A stretch of 64,000 nucleotides of DNA from contig JBOZIK010000001.1 of the NCBI GenBank assembly GCA_051453625.1, positions 48,194,243-48,258,242 on the forward strand, read 5' to 3'. Source of the stretch: Welwitschia mirabilis (lineage: Eukaryota). Of the stretch, positions 1 to 14,110 are shown one piece after another. Numbering within the stretch: the first letter of the stretch is position 1; the number at the start of each line of letters is the position of its first letter. The position numbers and the translations under genes are program-made. The notes under the pieces were generated by a model that was given only the letters and a program-made list of their open reading frames with translations, ran no database searches and had not been told where the DNA came from.

Positions 1-2620
1 AAATCTTTTTGGAATATCTTTATCATTCAACATAACTCTTGCCATATCTAATAGAGTTTAATTTTTTCTTTCAACTATCCCATATTGTTGATGAGTCTTT
101 GGAGCTGAGAATTCATGGTCAATTCCATTAGAGTTGCAATAAAATTTAAATCTTTCATTCTCAAACTCTCTATCATGATCACTTTGAATTTTCTTAATAC
201 ATATCCATTTTTAGTTTGAAGTTTCTTGCAAATTCTAATAAAATTGTCATAAGCATCAGATTTTGCATGAAGAAAGTCTACCCAAGAAAATCTAGAAAAA
301 TCAACAGTTATTTTAATAGGGCCAAACAAATCTATATGAATTAAATCTAATGGCTTGCTAGTAGTGATATCANNNNNNNNNNNNNNNNNNNNNNNNNNNN
401 NNNNNNNNNNNNNNNNNNNNNNNNNNNNNNNNNNNNNNNNNNNNNNNNNNNNNNNNNNNNNNNNNNNNNNNNNNNNNNNNNNNNNNNNNNNNNNNNNNNN
501 NNNNNNNNNNNNNNNNNNNNNNNNNNNNNNNNNNNNNNNNNNNNNNNNNNNNNNNNNNNNNNNNNNNNNNNNNNNNNNNNNNNNNNNNNNNNNNNNNNNN
601 NNNNNNNNNNNNNNNNNNNNNNNNNNNNNNNNNNNNNNNNNNNNNNNNNNNNNNNNNNNNNNNNNNNNNNNNNNNNNNNNNNNNNNNNNNNNNNNATTTG
701 ACTAATGATTAATACATTATGCTTTAAACCATTTATAAATAATACATTATGAATATTAGATAAATTACCTCCATTGATGCTTTCAATCCCTTCAATTTGA
801 GGTCTTCCATTATCACTAAATATCACTTCTCCTTCATTATATTCCTTGAAATCGATGAAGTTGGACTTATCACTTGTCATATGTCTAGAGCAACCACTAT
901 TAAGATACCAGCAAGAATGATTAGTTGCTTTTAAAAGGTTTAAATTAATAGNNNNNNNNNNNNNNNNNNNNNNNNNNNNNNNNNNNNNNNNNNNNNNNNN
1001 NNNNNNNNNNNNNNNNNNNNNNNNNNNNNNNNNNNNNNNNNNNNNNNNNNNCCACTATTAAGATACTAGCAAGAATGATTAGTTGCTTTTTAAATGTTTA
1101 AATTAATAGGCTTTTATTTAAGAACTTTGAAATCAACCTCATGCATTTGTTTTTATTTGAATTTTGATTAGACTTTGAAGAGAAGATAAACTTAGAACCT
1201 AACATGAAGTGAGAAAACCAACTTTTGCAAACAATAAAATTAATCTTTAAGTGACCCTTTTTATTGCAATAATATTAGGTAATGTTTGGTAAAGAGTATT
1301 TGAAGTTTACTTTAGACAAGAATTTGGGATAAAAAATATGATAAGTATAAAACATACTAGAATAATGTTTACTAGACAAAGTCCCTTTAGACAATGATGA
1401 ATTTGAGTTACATTTATTTTTTAATTCTATAATGTTTCTTTCTTTATACTCTAACTTATCTAAAAGATTTTTTTCCCTTTCTTAAGATTGTTTATTCTAA
1501 AATCTAGATTTTGACATTTCATATAGAGTTCCATTTCTATTTCACTAAGTAAATCATTATTATCAAAATAAACAATGATGGGTGAGGAATATACCTTTTT
1601 TATCTATAAAAGTAATAAGAGAGATTCCACCTCACTCTGAATCTGAGTTTTGTTCGCTCTTACTTTTTTTTGTCATCCCATGTGGCTGACAAGACTTTCT
1701 TCCTTTTTCTTTTATCATCTTTTTTGTTGTTTGATCAGACACTTGACATGTGATCATAACCCTTATAGAAGTAGCATTAGATATCTCATTGTCCTTCCTC
1801 TTTTCTTCTTGTTTGTCTTCTAGATTAACCTCCATTTTGTCTTCACTACATGAATGTCTGAACCTTATGGCTAAAAAAGCCACTTCATCTTCACTTTCTG
1901 GTTCTTAGTTAGATCCTTTTTTGATATCAGGATTCTTATGAGCAACTGTCAAGGATACACTTTTCTTCTTATGCTTTTCAAATTTTAGTTTAAATTTTTA
2001 AAGGTTTCCTTAAAGTTCATTCATCTTCATGATATTCAGGTCCTTGCTTTCTTTGATGGCCATTACTTTAGACTTAAATCTCTTGGAAGGGATCTTAATG
2101 CTTTGCGAACTACTCTTGACTCCTTAATAATTTTATCTAGGTCACACATAGACTTAATAATATCTGTTATTTTTACAAAAAAATCATTTAGACCTTCATC
2201 TTCTTCCATGTTAAGATATTTAAACAGAGTGATGAGCATCTAAAGATTAGCTTGCTTTACTAGGCTAGTTCCTTCATGAGAGGTCTACAAGATGTCTCAT
2301 GCTTCTTTTGCTATGGTATAATTTACTACTCATTTTAAATCTTCTAGACTTATGGCATAGAAGATGGCATTCAGTCCTTTGAAATTGCAAGATGCTATAA
2401 ACTTTTCATCAGGTGTCCACCTGTCCTTACTCTTTAGAGTAGTTAACTTAGTTACAGGATTCTACACAATAGAAAGACAGTAGCCATTAGTGATAGACTT
2501 CCAAATTTCAAGTTTAGTGGATTGCATAAAGACCCTTATTTTTGCCTTCTAATAACCATAGTTTATTTTGTCAAATAAGGGAGGCCTTCTAACAGAATTT
2601 TCTTCTGAGTGCTGACTCAT
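1..2620 (-). pseudogene. Copia gag-pol relic (gag, zinc knuckle, protease, integrase N-terminal part)
   Basis: ATG at 2620 gives MSQHSEENSVRRPPLFDKINYGY*K (Copia gag N-terminus). Knuckle relic YYCNKKGH at ~1260; protease WYLNSGCSRHMTSD at ~870-910; integrase VDFSRFSWVDFL in ORF 75-329. Many stops and frameshifts. Confidence 0.9.
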
Positions 2621-2671
2621 TTTCTAGGGATGATTGAAGTAGAGATCTGTTATGATCTATTACTCAACCTT

Positions 2672-2683
2672 GCTCTAATACTA
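2672..2683 (-). other. Primer-binding site (tRNA-iMet), decayed
   Basis: Plus strand gctctaatacta = minus tagtattagagc, versus canonical TGGTATCAGAGC (two transitions). Lies between the gag ATG and the LTR. Confidence 0.8.
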
Positions 2684-5600
2684 ATTAAGAATCCTAGATC
2701 GACCATAGAGAGGGATGAATAGGTTATAAGAAGAATATTCATTCACTTTAATAACCTACAAATAAAAATCAAACACACCAATAAAAAGACAAAATGTTTT
2801 AATGGTGGATAGACATCACTCTTCAGCCCTTAGACCACCTATCTGTGGCTGGCATAGATTAACCTCAAAGATTGGTTTTTAGGCTCACCATAAATCTATA
2901 TAATTACTAGAGGATTTTGGATCTAATCCACAACCACGATGAAAAGTAAGTAAGTAAAGTGCATAAATGCACAGATATGCTTCACAGGAACAAGCAGTAC
3001 AACAGGCTCTTATAAGAGACAGTGCAAGGAGAATCTCAAACAAAAATCTAAACTCATAGTCATTCCAGTACAAAATAATTAATGTAATAATTTTATGTGT
3101 TAAAAAAGAAAAAAGTAGTATCTTCATTCTAATGAAAAGGTACTTAAATAGAGAAACCACAAAAGTTAACCATTGAAAGAAAAGAAGCAGACCATTGTAA
3201 TGGATTCCACACTTTTTGATGAACTTCAAAAATATAATGGGTATATTTGTAATATGTTGGGTTGACCTCAAAATATACTTGGTCACCCTAATATTTGGTT
3301 ATCCTTCTTAATTTACTTCAATCACCCTTACTTGATTCAGATTTATCACAATTTAAGCAGGAACATTCGGTCACCCTATAATAATTCATTCAGTTGCCCT
3401 CACTTGATGCATATTTATCAGTCTAGATGCATATTTATCAGTCTATTGTAGATGAACATTTAGTTGCCCTTAAGTAAATATGTGATCCACCTCATTTAGG
3501 TCGCCCTTACATTGATATATTGGTCAACTTTATTATGGTCGATTCTGGGCAGTATGCGATCGCCCTTAATTAACTTATTTGGTCACCCTTACTATTAATA
3601 GACTAAAATTTCTAGATTTCAATGCAGTCGCCCTTTATAATATGAGTGGTTGCCTACTTTTATCTTAATATATTATAGACTTGAAAGTATGTCACCCTAG
3701 ACAACATGCATGGTCTCCCGTGCTAGTACCTATCTTCATTTACTTAATAGTTCAGTCGGCCTGGCTTAGAATCTCGGTCGCTTAAACCTAGAGCAGTTTT
3801 TCCTTACTAATAGTCTGGTCTTCCTAATAATTTCATATAGTTGTCCACTTTATATTCATAGTACATTTATAACTAGTCGGTCATCAGGATTTATATCCCA
3901 GTTGCCCAGTGTTGGAAAAATCTCTGCATAATAACTAACTCCACAAAAACTCTTTAATCTGATCAATGACAATAGATTCTCAATAGATAGGCTAGCTACT
4001 AAGTTAGCATGATGGTTCTTGAATTAGAATGAGTATATTTCTAGATTGTATACTTATTATGATAATAAAGTACAGCATGTTCTTAGTGGATTATTTTGAT
4101 ATAAAGTTATGAACATGATACTTATTATACTTAGAATTGGTTGAGTCATGCTTCTACTTTAAGATCTAATTTGGTAATTTTTCTTTTACATTTTAGCTTG
4201 CATAATCTAAATTTTTATTTATGGATCTTAGAAAACCCCTACTTTCCATGCTTATTTTATTCTTTTTATGAAGGCTAGATGGCTTGGATAAATAACTCTC
4301 ATGTTTATGATGGATGAGATTATGTCACTGTGCTTGAGCTTAGACTAATAAAATACTCATGGCTATAGTGGATTATATTATTGTGAATGAGTTGGAAGTA
4401 AATATACATGTTTCATTTTAAGTACTTATGCTTTTCCATAAAGTTATTATGTTAGTTTGAATGCTATATCTCATTCTTAGATCTCTAATATCATTTCACT
4501 CTTTACTACTCTTTATCTTTCTGCTTGTTTTACTGATATCTTTGGTCATCTATCTCTCAGAAAGAATGACATTGAAACTATATGACAAATGGAAGTTCTA
4601 ATATTTTTGGTAAATTTGGATTTGATCATGTAATATTGTATCCCTATTATAATCTTGTGAATTATCGTATATTAACAATAGATATAAGAATAGCCACATG
4701 TTGCCATGAATATGCATCTAGAAATGTAACCTGTATTAAGTATTTTTTTCTTTTACATTTCATGAATTGGAAATGAATACATAATAGTAGATTTCACTGA
4801 ATCCCTTCTAATTCTAAAACAAAGAAAAACCCTAGCAACTAGTCTTGATGTGTGGTTTATCCATGTTCTTTTTGCAAATATTTCTTAAAGTGTTTTTTTT
4901 TCTTATTATCCTTAGAAATTTTATTGTTCTTCCTCTTTTCAACCCTTTTTTTAGATAATATTTCTCTAATGATTCTTTTATTACTACTCTTACAAATAGA
5001 TGAGAGGGATGAACAAAAATAATTATCAGTTCAAAGTTCTACATCATTACTAGGAGGTAAGTCAAAAGATTTTTGAATCTACATTTTCTTTTACCAATTA
5101 ACTCTTTAACTATAATGTTCACATTTGAATTAGATGTTCCTATCATGATTGATGTATTAGAAAACACTACTTGTTAAATTTTACATTAATAAAAAAGGGA
5201 TAAAATAATTTTACTTCTATTCTATTATTTTCACAACTTTTAAAAACTTTAGTTCTGAAAGAACAAAAGAAAAAAAAAATTTCTTTGATTTTTGGAGTTT
5301 ATGTATCTAGGGTGTGTGTACCTAAGTTTTGTTTATAGTCAATAAGCCTTCTCTGCTATTTTTTTAATTAAGCTTTATTCTCTCTGATAATTTTGCTTTT
5401 ACCAGAATTTGTTGTGTCCCTGTATGCTTAGAAAAATTCCTGCAGAACCATCATCTCGATTGTCATCTGGATGATATCATGGACAAATACTATATAAAAA
5501 TTAAAAAAATAAAAATAGAAATAGAAATAGATAAAACTGACAATTTTCTAGGTCCTTTGGATGACAGACTGGATGATGACAATTTATTGCACCACAGAAA

Positions 5601-5840
5601 ATGAAAATAAAAATACAAAAAAATAATAAGAAAGACCCTTACTCTAATCCATCATCTCCCTAGTCATCTAGATGATAGAGAGAATGATAGAACTTTATTA
5701 TGGAAAGGAAATTAAAAAAATATGAAAATAAAAACTATGATATATATAGTAAAAAGGCAATGCTACTGCAAATAAATAACTTAAATTAAAATTCAAACCA
5801 CTTATCTGGGTAATGATAATACTCTAGCTCCTTGCGGCCT

Positions 5841-5858
5841 TTCCCAATAATGGTACCA
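5841..5858 (-). other. Decayed Athila-type PBS (tRNA-Asp), copy 1
   Basis: ttcccaataatggtacca differs from the reverse complement of TGGCGCCGTTGCCGGGGA only by C>T/G>A changes. Confidence 0.7.
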
Positions 5859-8771
5859 AAATATTGTAGTATGTATTTATGTAATTATTACATCCTTAAG
5901 TAAATCCTTTTAATTACAAATATTTATACAAACGCACACACTAGTATAGATGAGAGTTAATCCAAATGTTGTAATCTGTTGAAGGAACTAGACTCAAAGA
6001 TAGAGAATTGATTTTAAAGTGAAGTATTTTTATGTTTTTTCATTTAGATAAATGATGCAAGAAGAACCCCTCAATTTAACACCATTAGTAAAGAATTATT
6101 TTATGTATTTTGGGTATTCTATAGAATGACTCAAGTTAGCCTTAGAAACCCTAATTAAAAACCAAAAATTAGGGCTATAAATATGCTTCCTTAATTCATT
6201 TAAAAGGGGCAGCTTCATTGTGATATTTTAAAGAGATTGGAGATTTANNNNNNNNNNNNNNNNNNNNNNNNNNNNNNNNNNNNNNNNNNNNNNNNNNNNN
6301 NNNNNNNNNNNNNNNNNNNNNNNNNNNNNNNNNNNNNNNNNNNNNNNNNNNNNNNNNNNNNNNNNNNNNNNNNNNNNNNNNNNNNNNNNNNNNNNNNNNN
6401 NNNNNNNNNNNNNNNNNNNNNNNNNNNNNNNNNNNNNNNNNNNNNNNNNNNNNNNNNNNNNNNNNNNNNNNNNNNNNNNNNNNNNNNNNNNNNNNNNNNN
6501 NNNNNNNNNNNNNNNNNNNNNNNNNNNNNNNNNNNNNNNNNNNNNNNNNNNNNNNNNNNNNNNNNNNNNNNNNNNNNNNNNNNNNNNNNNNNNNNNNNNN
6601 NNNNNNNNNNNNNNNNNNNNNNNNNNNNNNNNNNNNNNNNNNNNNNNNNNNNNNNNNNNNNNNNNNNNNNNNNNNNNNNNNNNNNNNNNNNNNNNNNNNN
6701 NNNNNNNNNNNNNNNNNNNNNNNNNNNNNNNNNNNNNNNNNNNNNNNNNNNNNNNNNNNNNNNNNNNNNNNNNNNNNNNNNNNNNNNNNNNNNNNNNNNN
6801 NNNNNNNNNNNNNNNNNNNNNNNNNNNNNNNNNNNNNNNNNNNNNNNNNNNNNNNNNNNNNNNNNNNNNNNNNNNNNNNNNNNNNNNNNNNNNNNNNNNN
6901 NNNNNNNNNNNNNNNNNNNNNNNNNNNNAGCATGAGTATATTTCCAGATTGTATACTTTACTTATTATGAGAATAAAGTATAAAATGTTCTTGGTGCATT
7001 TTTTTATATGAAGTTATGAATTTGATACTTGTTATACTTAGAATTAACTGAGTCATGCTTCTATTTTAAGATCTAATTTGGTAATTTTTCTTTTACATTT
7101 TAGCTTGCATAACCTAATTTTTCATTTGATGGATCTTGGAAGGCCCCTACTTTCCATGCTTATTTTATTCTTTCTATGAAGTCTAGAAGGCTATGATATA
7201 TCACTCTTATGTCTATGATGGATGAGATTATGTCATTGTGCTTGAGCTTAGACTAATAAAATAGTCATGATTATAGCAGATTATATTATTGTAAATGAGT
7301 TGGAAGTAAAGACACATGTTTTATTTTAAATACTTATGCTTTTTCATGAAGTTATTATGTTAGTTTAAATGCTATGTCCCATTTTTAGATCTCTAATATC
7401 ATTTCACTCTTTACTATCCTTTACTTTGTGCTTGCTTTATTGATATCTTTCATCATCTATCTTTGATAAAGAACAACATTGAGACTATATGACAAATGGA
7501 AGTTCTAGTATTTTTAGTAAAATTTGGATTTGACCATGTAAGATTTGTATCCCTAGGTTGATCTTATGAATTACCATATATTAACAATAGATACAAGCAT
7601 AGCCACATGTCACCATGAACATGCATCTAGAAACGTAACCTATCTTAAGTATTTTTTTTACATTCCATGAATTGGAAATGAATACATAATAGTAGATTGA
7701 ACTGAATCCCTTAGTAGATTGCACTGAATCCCTCTTAATTCTGAAACAAATAAAAACCCTAGCAACTAGTCTTAACATGTGGTTTATCCACCTTCTTTCT
7801 GCAAATATTTCTTAAAGTGTTTTTTCCCCATTATCCTTAGAAATTATATCGTTTCTCTTCCTTTTAACCCTCTTTTTAAACAATATTTCTCCAATGATCC
7901 TTTTATCACTACTCTTAGAAATAGATGAGAAGAATGAGCAAAAAGAATTCTCACTTCAAAGTTCTACATCATCACTAGGAGATAAAAGATTTTTGAATTT
8001 CTCATTTCCTTTTAGCAATTAACTCTTTAACTATAATGTTTAGATTTGAATTAGATGTTCCTATCATGGTTGATGTACTAGGCAATACTACTTATTAAAT
8101 TGTACATTAATGAAGAAGGGATAAAATAATTTTGCTTCTATTCTATTATTTTCATAATTTCTTTTAAAAACTTTACTTCTGAAATAACAAAAGCAGAAAA
8201 AATTTTCTTTGATTTTTGGAGTTTACGTACCTGGGGTATGTGTACCTGACTTTTGTTTATAGTTAATAACCCTTCTCTACTATTTTTTTAATCAAGCTTC
8301 ATTCCCTTTGATATTTTAGCTTGTCACTAGAATTTGTTGTGTCCTTGTATGCTTAGAAAAATTCTTGCATAATCATCATCTTGATTATCGTCCAGATGAT
8401 ATCCTGGATAACTACTATACAAAAATTTAAAAAATAAAAATAAAAATAGAACTAAAAATAGATAAACTAATAATCATCTGCCTAATCCTCTAGATGATAA
8501 ACTGGATAATGATAATTTATTGCATTGTAGAAAATGAATACAAAACTACAAAAAAATAACAAGAAAAAATCCAAACCCTAATCCATAATTCCCTAGTCAT
8601 TGGATGATAGAGAGAATGATAGGGACTTTATTATGGAGTAAAAACCAAAAAATGTAAAAATAAAACTATGATATATATAGTAAAAAGACAATGCTACTAT
8701 AAATAAATAACTTGAATTGAAATTTAAATCACTTATCTAGGTAATGAAAATCCTCTAGCTCCTTGCGGCCT

Positions 8772-8789
8772 TCCCCAATAATGGTACCA
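8772..8789 (-). other. Decayed Athila-type PBS (tRNA-Asp), copy 2
   Basis: tccccaataatggtacca at the same position in the second repeat unit. Confidence 0.7.
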
Positions 8790-10139
8790 AAATCTTGCGA
8801 TATGTATTTATGTAATTATTACATTCTTAAGTAAATCCTTTCAATCACAAATATTCACACAAATACACATACTAGTATAGATGAGAGTTAATTTGAATGT
8901 TGTAATCTATCAAAGGCACTAGGCTCAAATATAGAGAATTGATTCTAAGTAAAGTATTTTTATATTTTTGCATTTAGATAAATGATGCAAGAAGAACCCC
9001 TCAATTTGGCACCATTAATAAAGAATTATTTTATGTATTTTGGGTATTCTTTTGAATGACTCAAGTAGGACTTAGAAACTTTAATTAGAAACCCTAAATT
9101 AAGCCTATACATACACTTCCTGACTTAATTTAAAAGGGGAAACTTCATTGTGATATTTCAAAGAGATTGGATATTTAGTAATGATTTCTTTTTAAGCCTC
9201 CCATAAGGATAGGCTAGCTACTAAGCTATCATGATGCTTTTTGGTTTAGCATGAGTACATTTCCAAATTGTATACTTTACTTATTATGATGATAAATAAC
9301 TACATGTTCTTGGTGCATTATTTTGATATCAAGTTATGAATGTGATACTTGTTATACTTAGAATTGTCTGAGTCATGTGTTTACTCTAAGATCTAATTTG
9401 GTAATTTTTCTTTTACATGTTAGCTTGCATAACCTAAATGTTTATTTGATGGATCTTGAAAGACCCTTACTTTTCATGCTTATTTTTTTCTTTCTATGAA
9501 GTGTAGATGACTTGAATATATCACTTTCATTTCTATGATGGATGAGATTATGCCATTGTGCTTGAGCTTAGACTAATAAAATACTCATGGTTATAGGGGA
9601 TTATATTATTGTAAATGAGTTTTAAGTAAAGATACATGTTTTGTTTTAAGTACTTGTGCTTTTCCATGAAGCTATTATGTTAGTTTAAATGTTGTGTCCC
9701 ATTCTTTATCTTTAATATCATTTTATCCTTTACTACTCTTTAATTTTGTGCTTTTTTTACTAATATACTTCATCATCTATCTCTGAGGAAGAATAACATT
9801 GAGACTACATGACAAATGGAAGTTCTAGTATTTTTGGTTAATTTGGATTTGACCATGTAAGATTTGTTTCCCTAGGATGATCTTGTGAATTATCATATAT
9901 TAATGACAAATACAAGCATAGCCACATGTCACCATGAACATGGAACTAGAAATGTAACCTATCTTAAGTATTTTTTTTACATTCCATAAATTATAAATAT
10001 ATACATAATAGTAGATTGTATCGAATCCCTCTCAATTCTGAAACAAAGAAAAGCCCTAGCAACTAGTCATAAGAGAGACTTAGAAAAGGCAAAACAACTC
10101 TAGAGGTAACTTCAACTTCAATCAACCTAGAAGAACCTT

Positions 10140-12180
10140 AAAAAAATATCTTCAATTATAATGTCTAGGTACATCCTGTTGTATTAACCAGCCTTCTAAT
10201 GCTGAGAGAATTCACTTTAAATTATCACTTATTTAACTTCTTTCATATTTTCATGATTTAGAGTTTGAAAATTCTTACTTACACCTTAAGGAATTTAAGT
10301 GTATTCTCTCTACACTCCTTTAAAATTCTAATATGTCCAATTCCCTTAGATTAAATTTGTTTTTTTTCCCTTTAAAAAAGAAATTAAAGTCTTGGCTTTA
10401 TATTCTAAAACCAATTTCCATTACTACTTGGAATGAACTTAATTGATATTTTATTAAAAATGTTTTTTCTAGTTACAAGATCAATTTCATTAGAAGAGAA
10501 ATGATGAACTTCTAATAAAAGGATAGTGAAACCTTACTCTACATCTTAAAGAGATATAAATATAAATGCCCATAATATGGTTTTGAGAAAAGAAGTATCA
10601 TAAGTTTCTTTTATAAAGGAATTTTATCTAACTATATGAAACTTGTGAATATGATGTATAGAGGAATCTTTCTAAACCTTGAAATTGATGAAGCTTATTC
10701 TTGAGACTATAGCTGAAAGTTCTAAGAATTAGGACAAATCTGATGAATCAATAAGATCATAATGACTTATTAAGTCTACTAATATTTTCAAAGTCCCTGA
10801 TAACAATGAGGTCAACCAAAAGTTGAAAGAGATGTCTAAGAATATTGAGAATCCTAATACAAATCCTAAGACTGTTACTCCATCTCTTCATTGTAACATT
10901 TGTCTTGTGGATACTTATAAAACCTTAAACTACTCATTCATCCCCATGTTCTAAGAAGTAGTTAAATAATAAGTTAATGCTATATGATAATAATGGCAAA
11001 ATCCAAAAGAAAATAATTCTTATTTTCACACCTATAATCCTAAATGAAGAAATCCACCAAATTCTCATGGAAATAAAATAATCCTAGCTAAGCCTTAACT
11101 AGTTAACCTAAAGGTTCAAATACTACCTCAAATTTTGACTCTTTAAAGGCTATACCTTATAAGTTTATGAAAGCTCAACATCAATAAATACCTCAGAATA
11201 ACAATTTAAATAAAAAATCTCTTCCACATTCCAAAATTTAGAGTAAGGAATACAATAACTAAGTCAAACTACCACACATATTCTTATGTCACTTAACTAA
11301 ATTTATAAGGAAATGCTTATACTACACATGAGCCTATCCTAGTAGTTTTAAGTTAATTAAAGATAAATAAATTAAGAAAAGCAAGATTATATATTTAGAA
11401 GTGAAAAATAAATCAACAAAGACATAAAACAAAAACAATCCTAAGTGGAATAAGCGTAACAAAATGAGCCTAAAGGTAATGAAAAGGTAGAGAAGAAACG
11501 TTAAGTAGAAAAAGTTATTCCAACTTATAAAGATCACCCATCATTTCCTCAACATCTTAGAAAAAGTAAATTGGATAAGAAACAAGAAGAAGCACTAGAA
11601 ATTTTCAAGGAAGTGAAGATCAATATCCCTCTTTTAGAAGCTATTAGAGAAGGACCTTCCTATGCTAAATTCTTCAAATATATATGCACTAATAAAAGAA
11701 GGATAAACATAAAAATTAAAGCCTTCCTTAACAAACTAGTACATGATTCAAAACCAAATCCTTTCAAAATACAAAGATCTAGGATGCCCTACCATAGCCA
11801 TTACTATAAGTAATACAAACTTTCAATAAGCTTTATTAGATCTTAGAACTAGTGTTAACCTTTTACCCTTTACTGTCTATAAGGAAATTGGTCTAAATGA
11901 TCTTAAAAATACCAAAATTTAATTATAATTGAATAATTAATTTTTGTAAATACCTATGGGCATAGTATAGGATGTGATTATTCAAGTAGAAAATTGCTAC
12001 TTTCTTATGAACTTTTTAGATTTGAAAATGAAAAAACTAGAAGTCAACCATTCTTATCATTTTGAAAATACCTTTTCTTGCTACTTCTAATGCTCATATC
12101 AATTGTAGAAATGGTCTTATAAATATTTTATTTGTTAACATAACTATTGAGTTGAATATCTTTAATATCATGAAGTAACC
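10140..12180 (+). pseudogene. Athila-type Ty3/Gypsy gag-protease relic
   Basis: Gag motifs ENSYLHLKEF (~10270) and SWLYILKPISITTWNEL (~10390); EIFKEVKINIPLLEAIREGPSYAKFFK (ORF 11571-11813); protease ALLDLRTSVNLLP (~11830) and PFLATSNAHINCRNG (~12070). Confidence 0.88.
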
Positions 12181-12659
12181 TAATTATCTAAAAGGAGTAT
12201 AGTTTATTGTAAGTCTTAATTATCTTAATCCTCTGTCCTATGAGAAAAATGGTTTTCCTTTTTCTCTCTATTCTTTTTATTATGATTCACATATTAACCT
12301 TGAAGATGATCCTTCTTTTAATATAAATTTACCTATTAAGATTTTAAGATACATATGTGATGATGACTCTTTTCATTCTTTGATTTCTAATTCATTCATA
12401 ACCTCACCTTGGAAAAATATTTTATAAAAAGTTTTAGTTAAACAAGAGAAAGGAATAGGATGTTTCTCCTATGACCTAGAATGTTCAAATCCTAATGAGC
12501 ATTCTTTCATACCCTTTTTGAGNNNNNNNNNNNNNNNNNNNNTTTTTATCATGAAAATGTTTCTTAGCCTCATTTATCACTTGATTATCCATCTCATCCT
12601 TTTAATTGTAAAAACTCTAATCCTTTAAATTTTTTCTTTTCATTCTTTATTGAACATCC

Positions 12660-14110
12660 TGATAGGATCGAGAACCCTATGGGTGTCGGCGGGTGGGGGG
12701 AAGAGGGGGGGTGAATAGGTTATTTCAAAAAATTATGCTCAAAACAAAATTAAAACTATCTAATCACTATCTGCATATAAAAATAATGTAATCAAGAATG
12801 TGCACATAAAAATAAAAAAATTGATAGTAAAGAAATTAAAAGACAGAAAAACATAAACTATCAATTTTAATGCATGCAGGATTTATAGTGGTTCAGAAAC
12901 TCCCCTACTCTACTCTCAATGATCAGCTTCTCCCAAACTAGATCTGGGATCTCTGTTACTCAATAGGTTTTGCAGGTTTATCTGTAATCCTTACAAGTGG
13001 ACNNNNNNNNNNNNNNNNNNNNNNNNNNNNNNNNNNNNNNNNNNNNNNNNNNNNNNNNNNNNNNNNNNNNNNNNNNNNNNNNNNNNNNNNNNNNNNNNNN
13101 NNGTTAATCCTTACAAGCAAAATTTTATAGGCTAAGTCTCAACCTTAATAACGGACTTTTGCAGGCTAAGTCTCAACCTCTAAAAGCAATGAATGTGATG
13201 TGATAATGCCTTGAATGCTTAGATATTACATGTTTGATAGCAATATAATAAATGAAGCTTTTCTCTAATAGATCACAGTGATGACATTCTTAGATCTGAT
13301 TCTGAATGAAGCTCTTTTGCCAAAGATAGATCTCCTCAATTAGATGTGTACCAATACAATGATGTGTCAATGAAAAATATAGTTTGATCTTTTAGATCCG
13401 CAATAGTTATGCTGATTTTGAATGATTCCAAAAGATATTTAGATCATCAATAGCATAGTTATTTATAATGGAGGGTTACTAGGGTTCATTACAAATGAAT
13501 TGCACCTCCAACGACTATAAACGACAAGAAAATGGCTAGGTAATGGCTAGGTAATAGATACATAATGTTTATAAATTTTTCTTTTCTGTGCTGTCTGGTC
13601 GACCCCACAAAAATTTGGTCAACCCCTTGAGAACTCAGTCGACTCCATCCTGGGTCTAGTCGACCCCTTGCCTCTCGGTCTGAAACTATAGACTATTAGC
13701 TTTTCAGATTTGGTCGACCTCATGAAAATCTAGTTGACCCTTTTCTTATTGATCTGGGACTATTTTCTGTTAGTTTCTTAAATCTAATTGACCCATGAAT
13801 ATCCTATTAACCCCTTTCCATTCGGTTTAGGGATACCAGCTCTTGAGATCATAGGTCAGTCGACCCCTTTAGAATCTGGTCAACCCTTCTGGGTTTAATT
13901 CATTTTTCTTGTAACTGCTTCAGGTGTGGTTAATTTCTTTAGGATCCAATTGACCCCTATTATAGGTTAACATAACTCAATAGTTTTTCTCGTGCATTTT
14001 GATCCACTTATTTCACCTACAAAACTCAATCTCATCTACACACTATATGTAACATTTTACACTACATAAGAGAAATTAGGTTGACATTAATTGATAAATA
14101 TAATCTAACA
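12660..14110 (-). repeat. 3' LTR of the Sirevirus
   Basis: Plus strand runs tgataggatcgagaaccc...taatctaaca; homologous to 19434-20630; GTCGACCC repeat cluster at ~13598-13960. Confidence 0.92.

Larger units (their letters stand above)
1..3915 (-). mobile_element. Degenerate Ty1/Copia LTR retrotransposon, Sirevirus (SIRE/Maximus)-like; runs off the left edge
   Basis: Minus-strand order LTR-PBS-gag-protease-integrase. The LTR end resembles that of the Sirevirus at 12660 (gagagggatgaatagg vs gagggggggtgaatagg) and carries repeated GGTCGCCC-like motifs at ~3280-3910. The right boundary is approximate. Confidence 0.85.
3986..10069. repeat. Tandem macro-repeat, ~2.3-kb unit, about 2.4 visible copies, LTR-derived
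   Basis: The same sequence recurs: agaatgagtatattt ~4026, agcatgagtatattt 6929, agcatgagtacattt 9248; ccctagcaactagtc at ~4830, ~7757, ~10054. Copies differ at many positions, mostly transitions. An N gap lies at 6248-6928. Confidence 0.92.

Noticed and set aside
894..1109. ~58-bp direct repeat (894-951 and 1052-1109)
   Set aside because: Near-identical copies directly flanking a 100-N gap; most likely an unmerged contig overlap or allelic variant.
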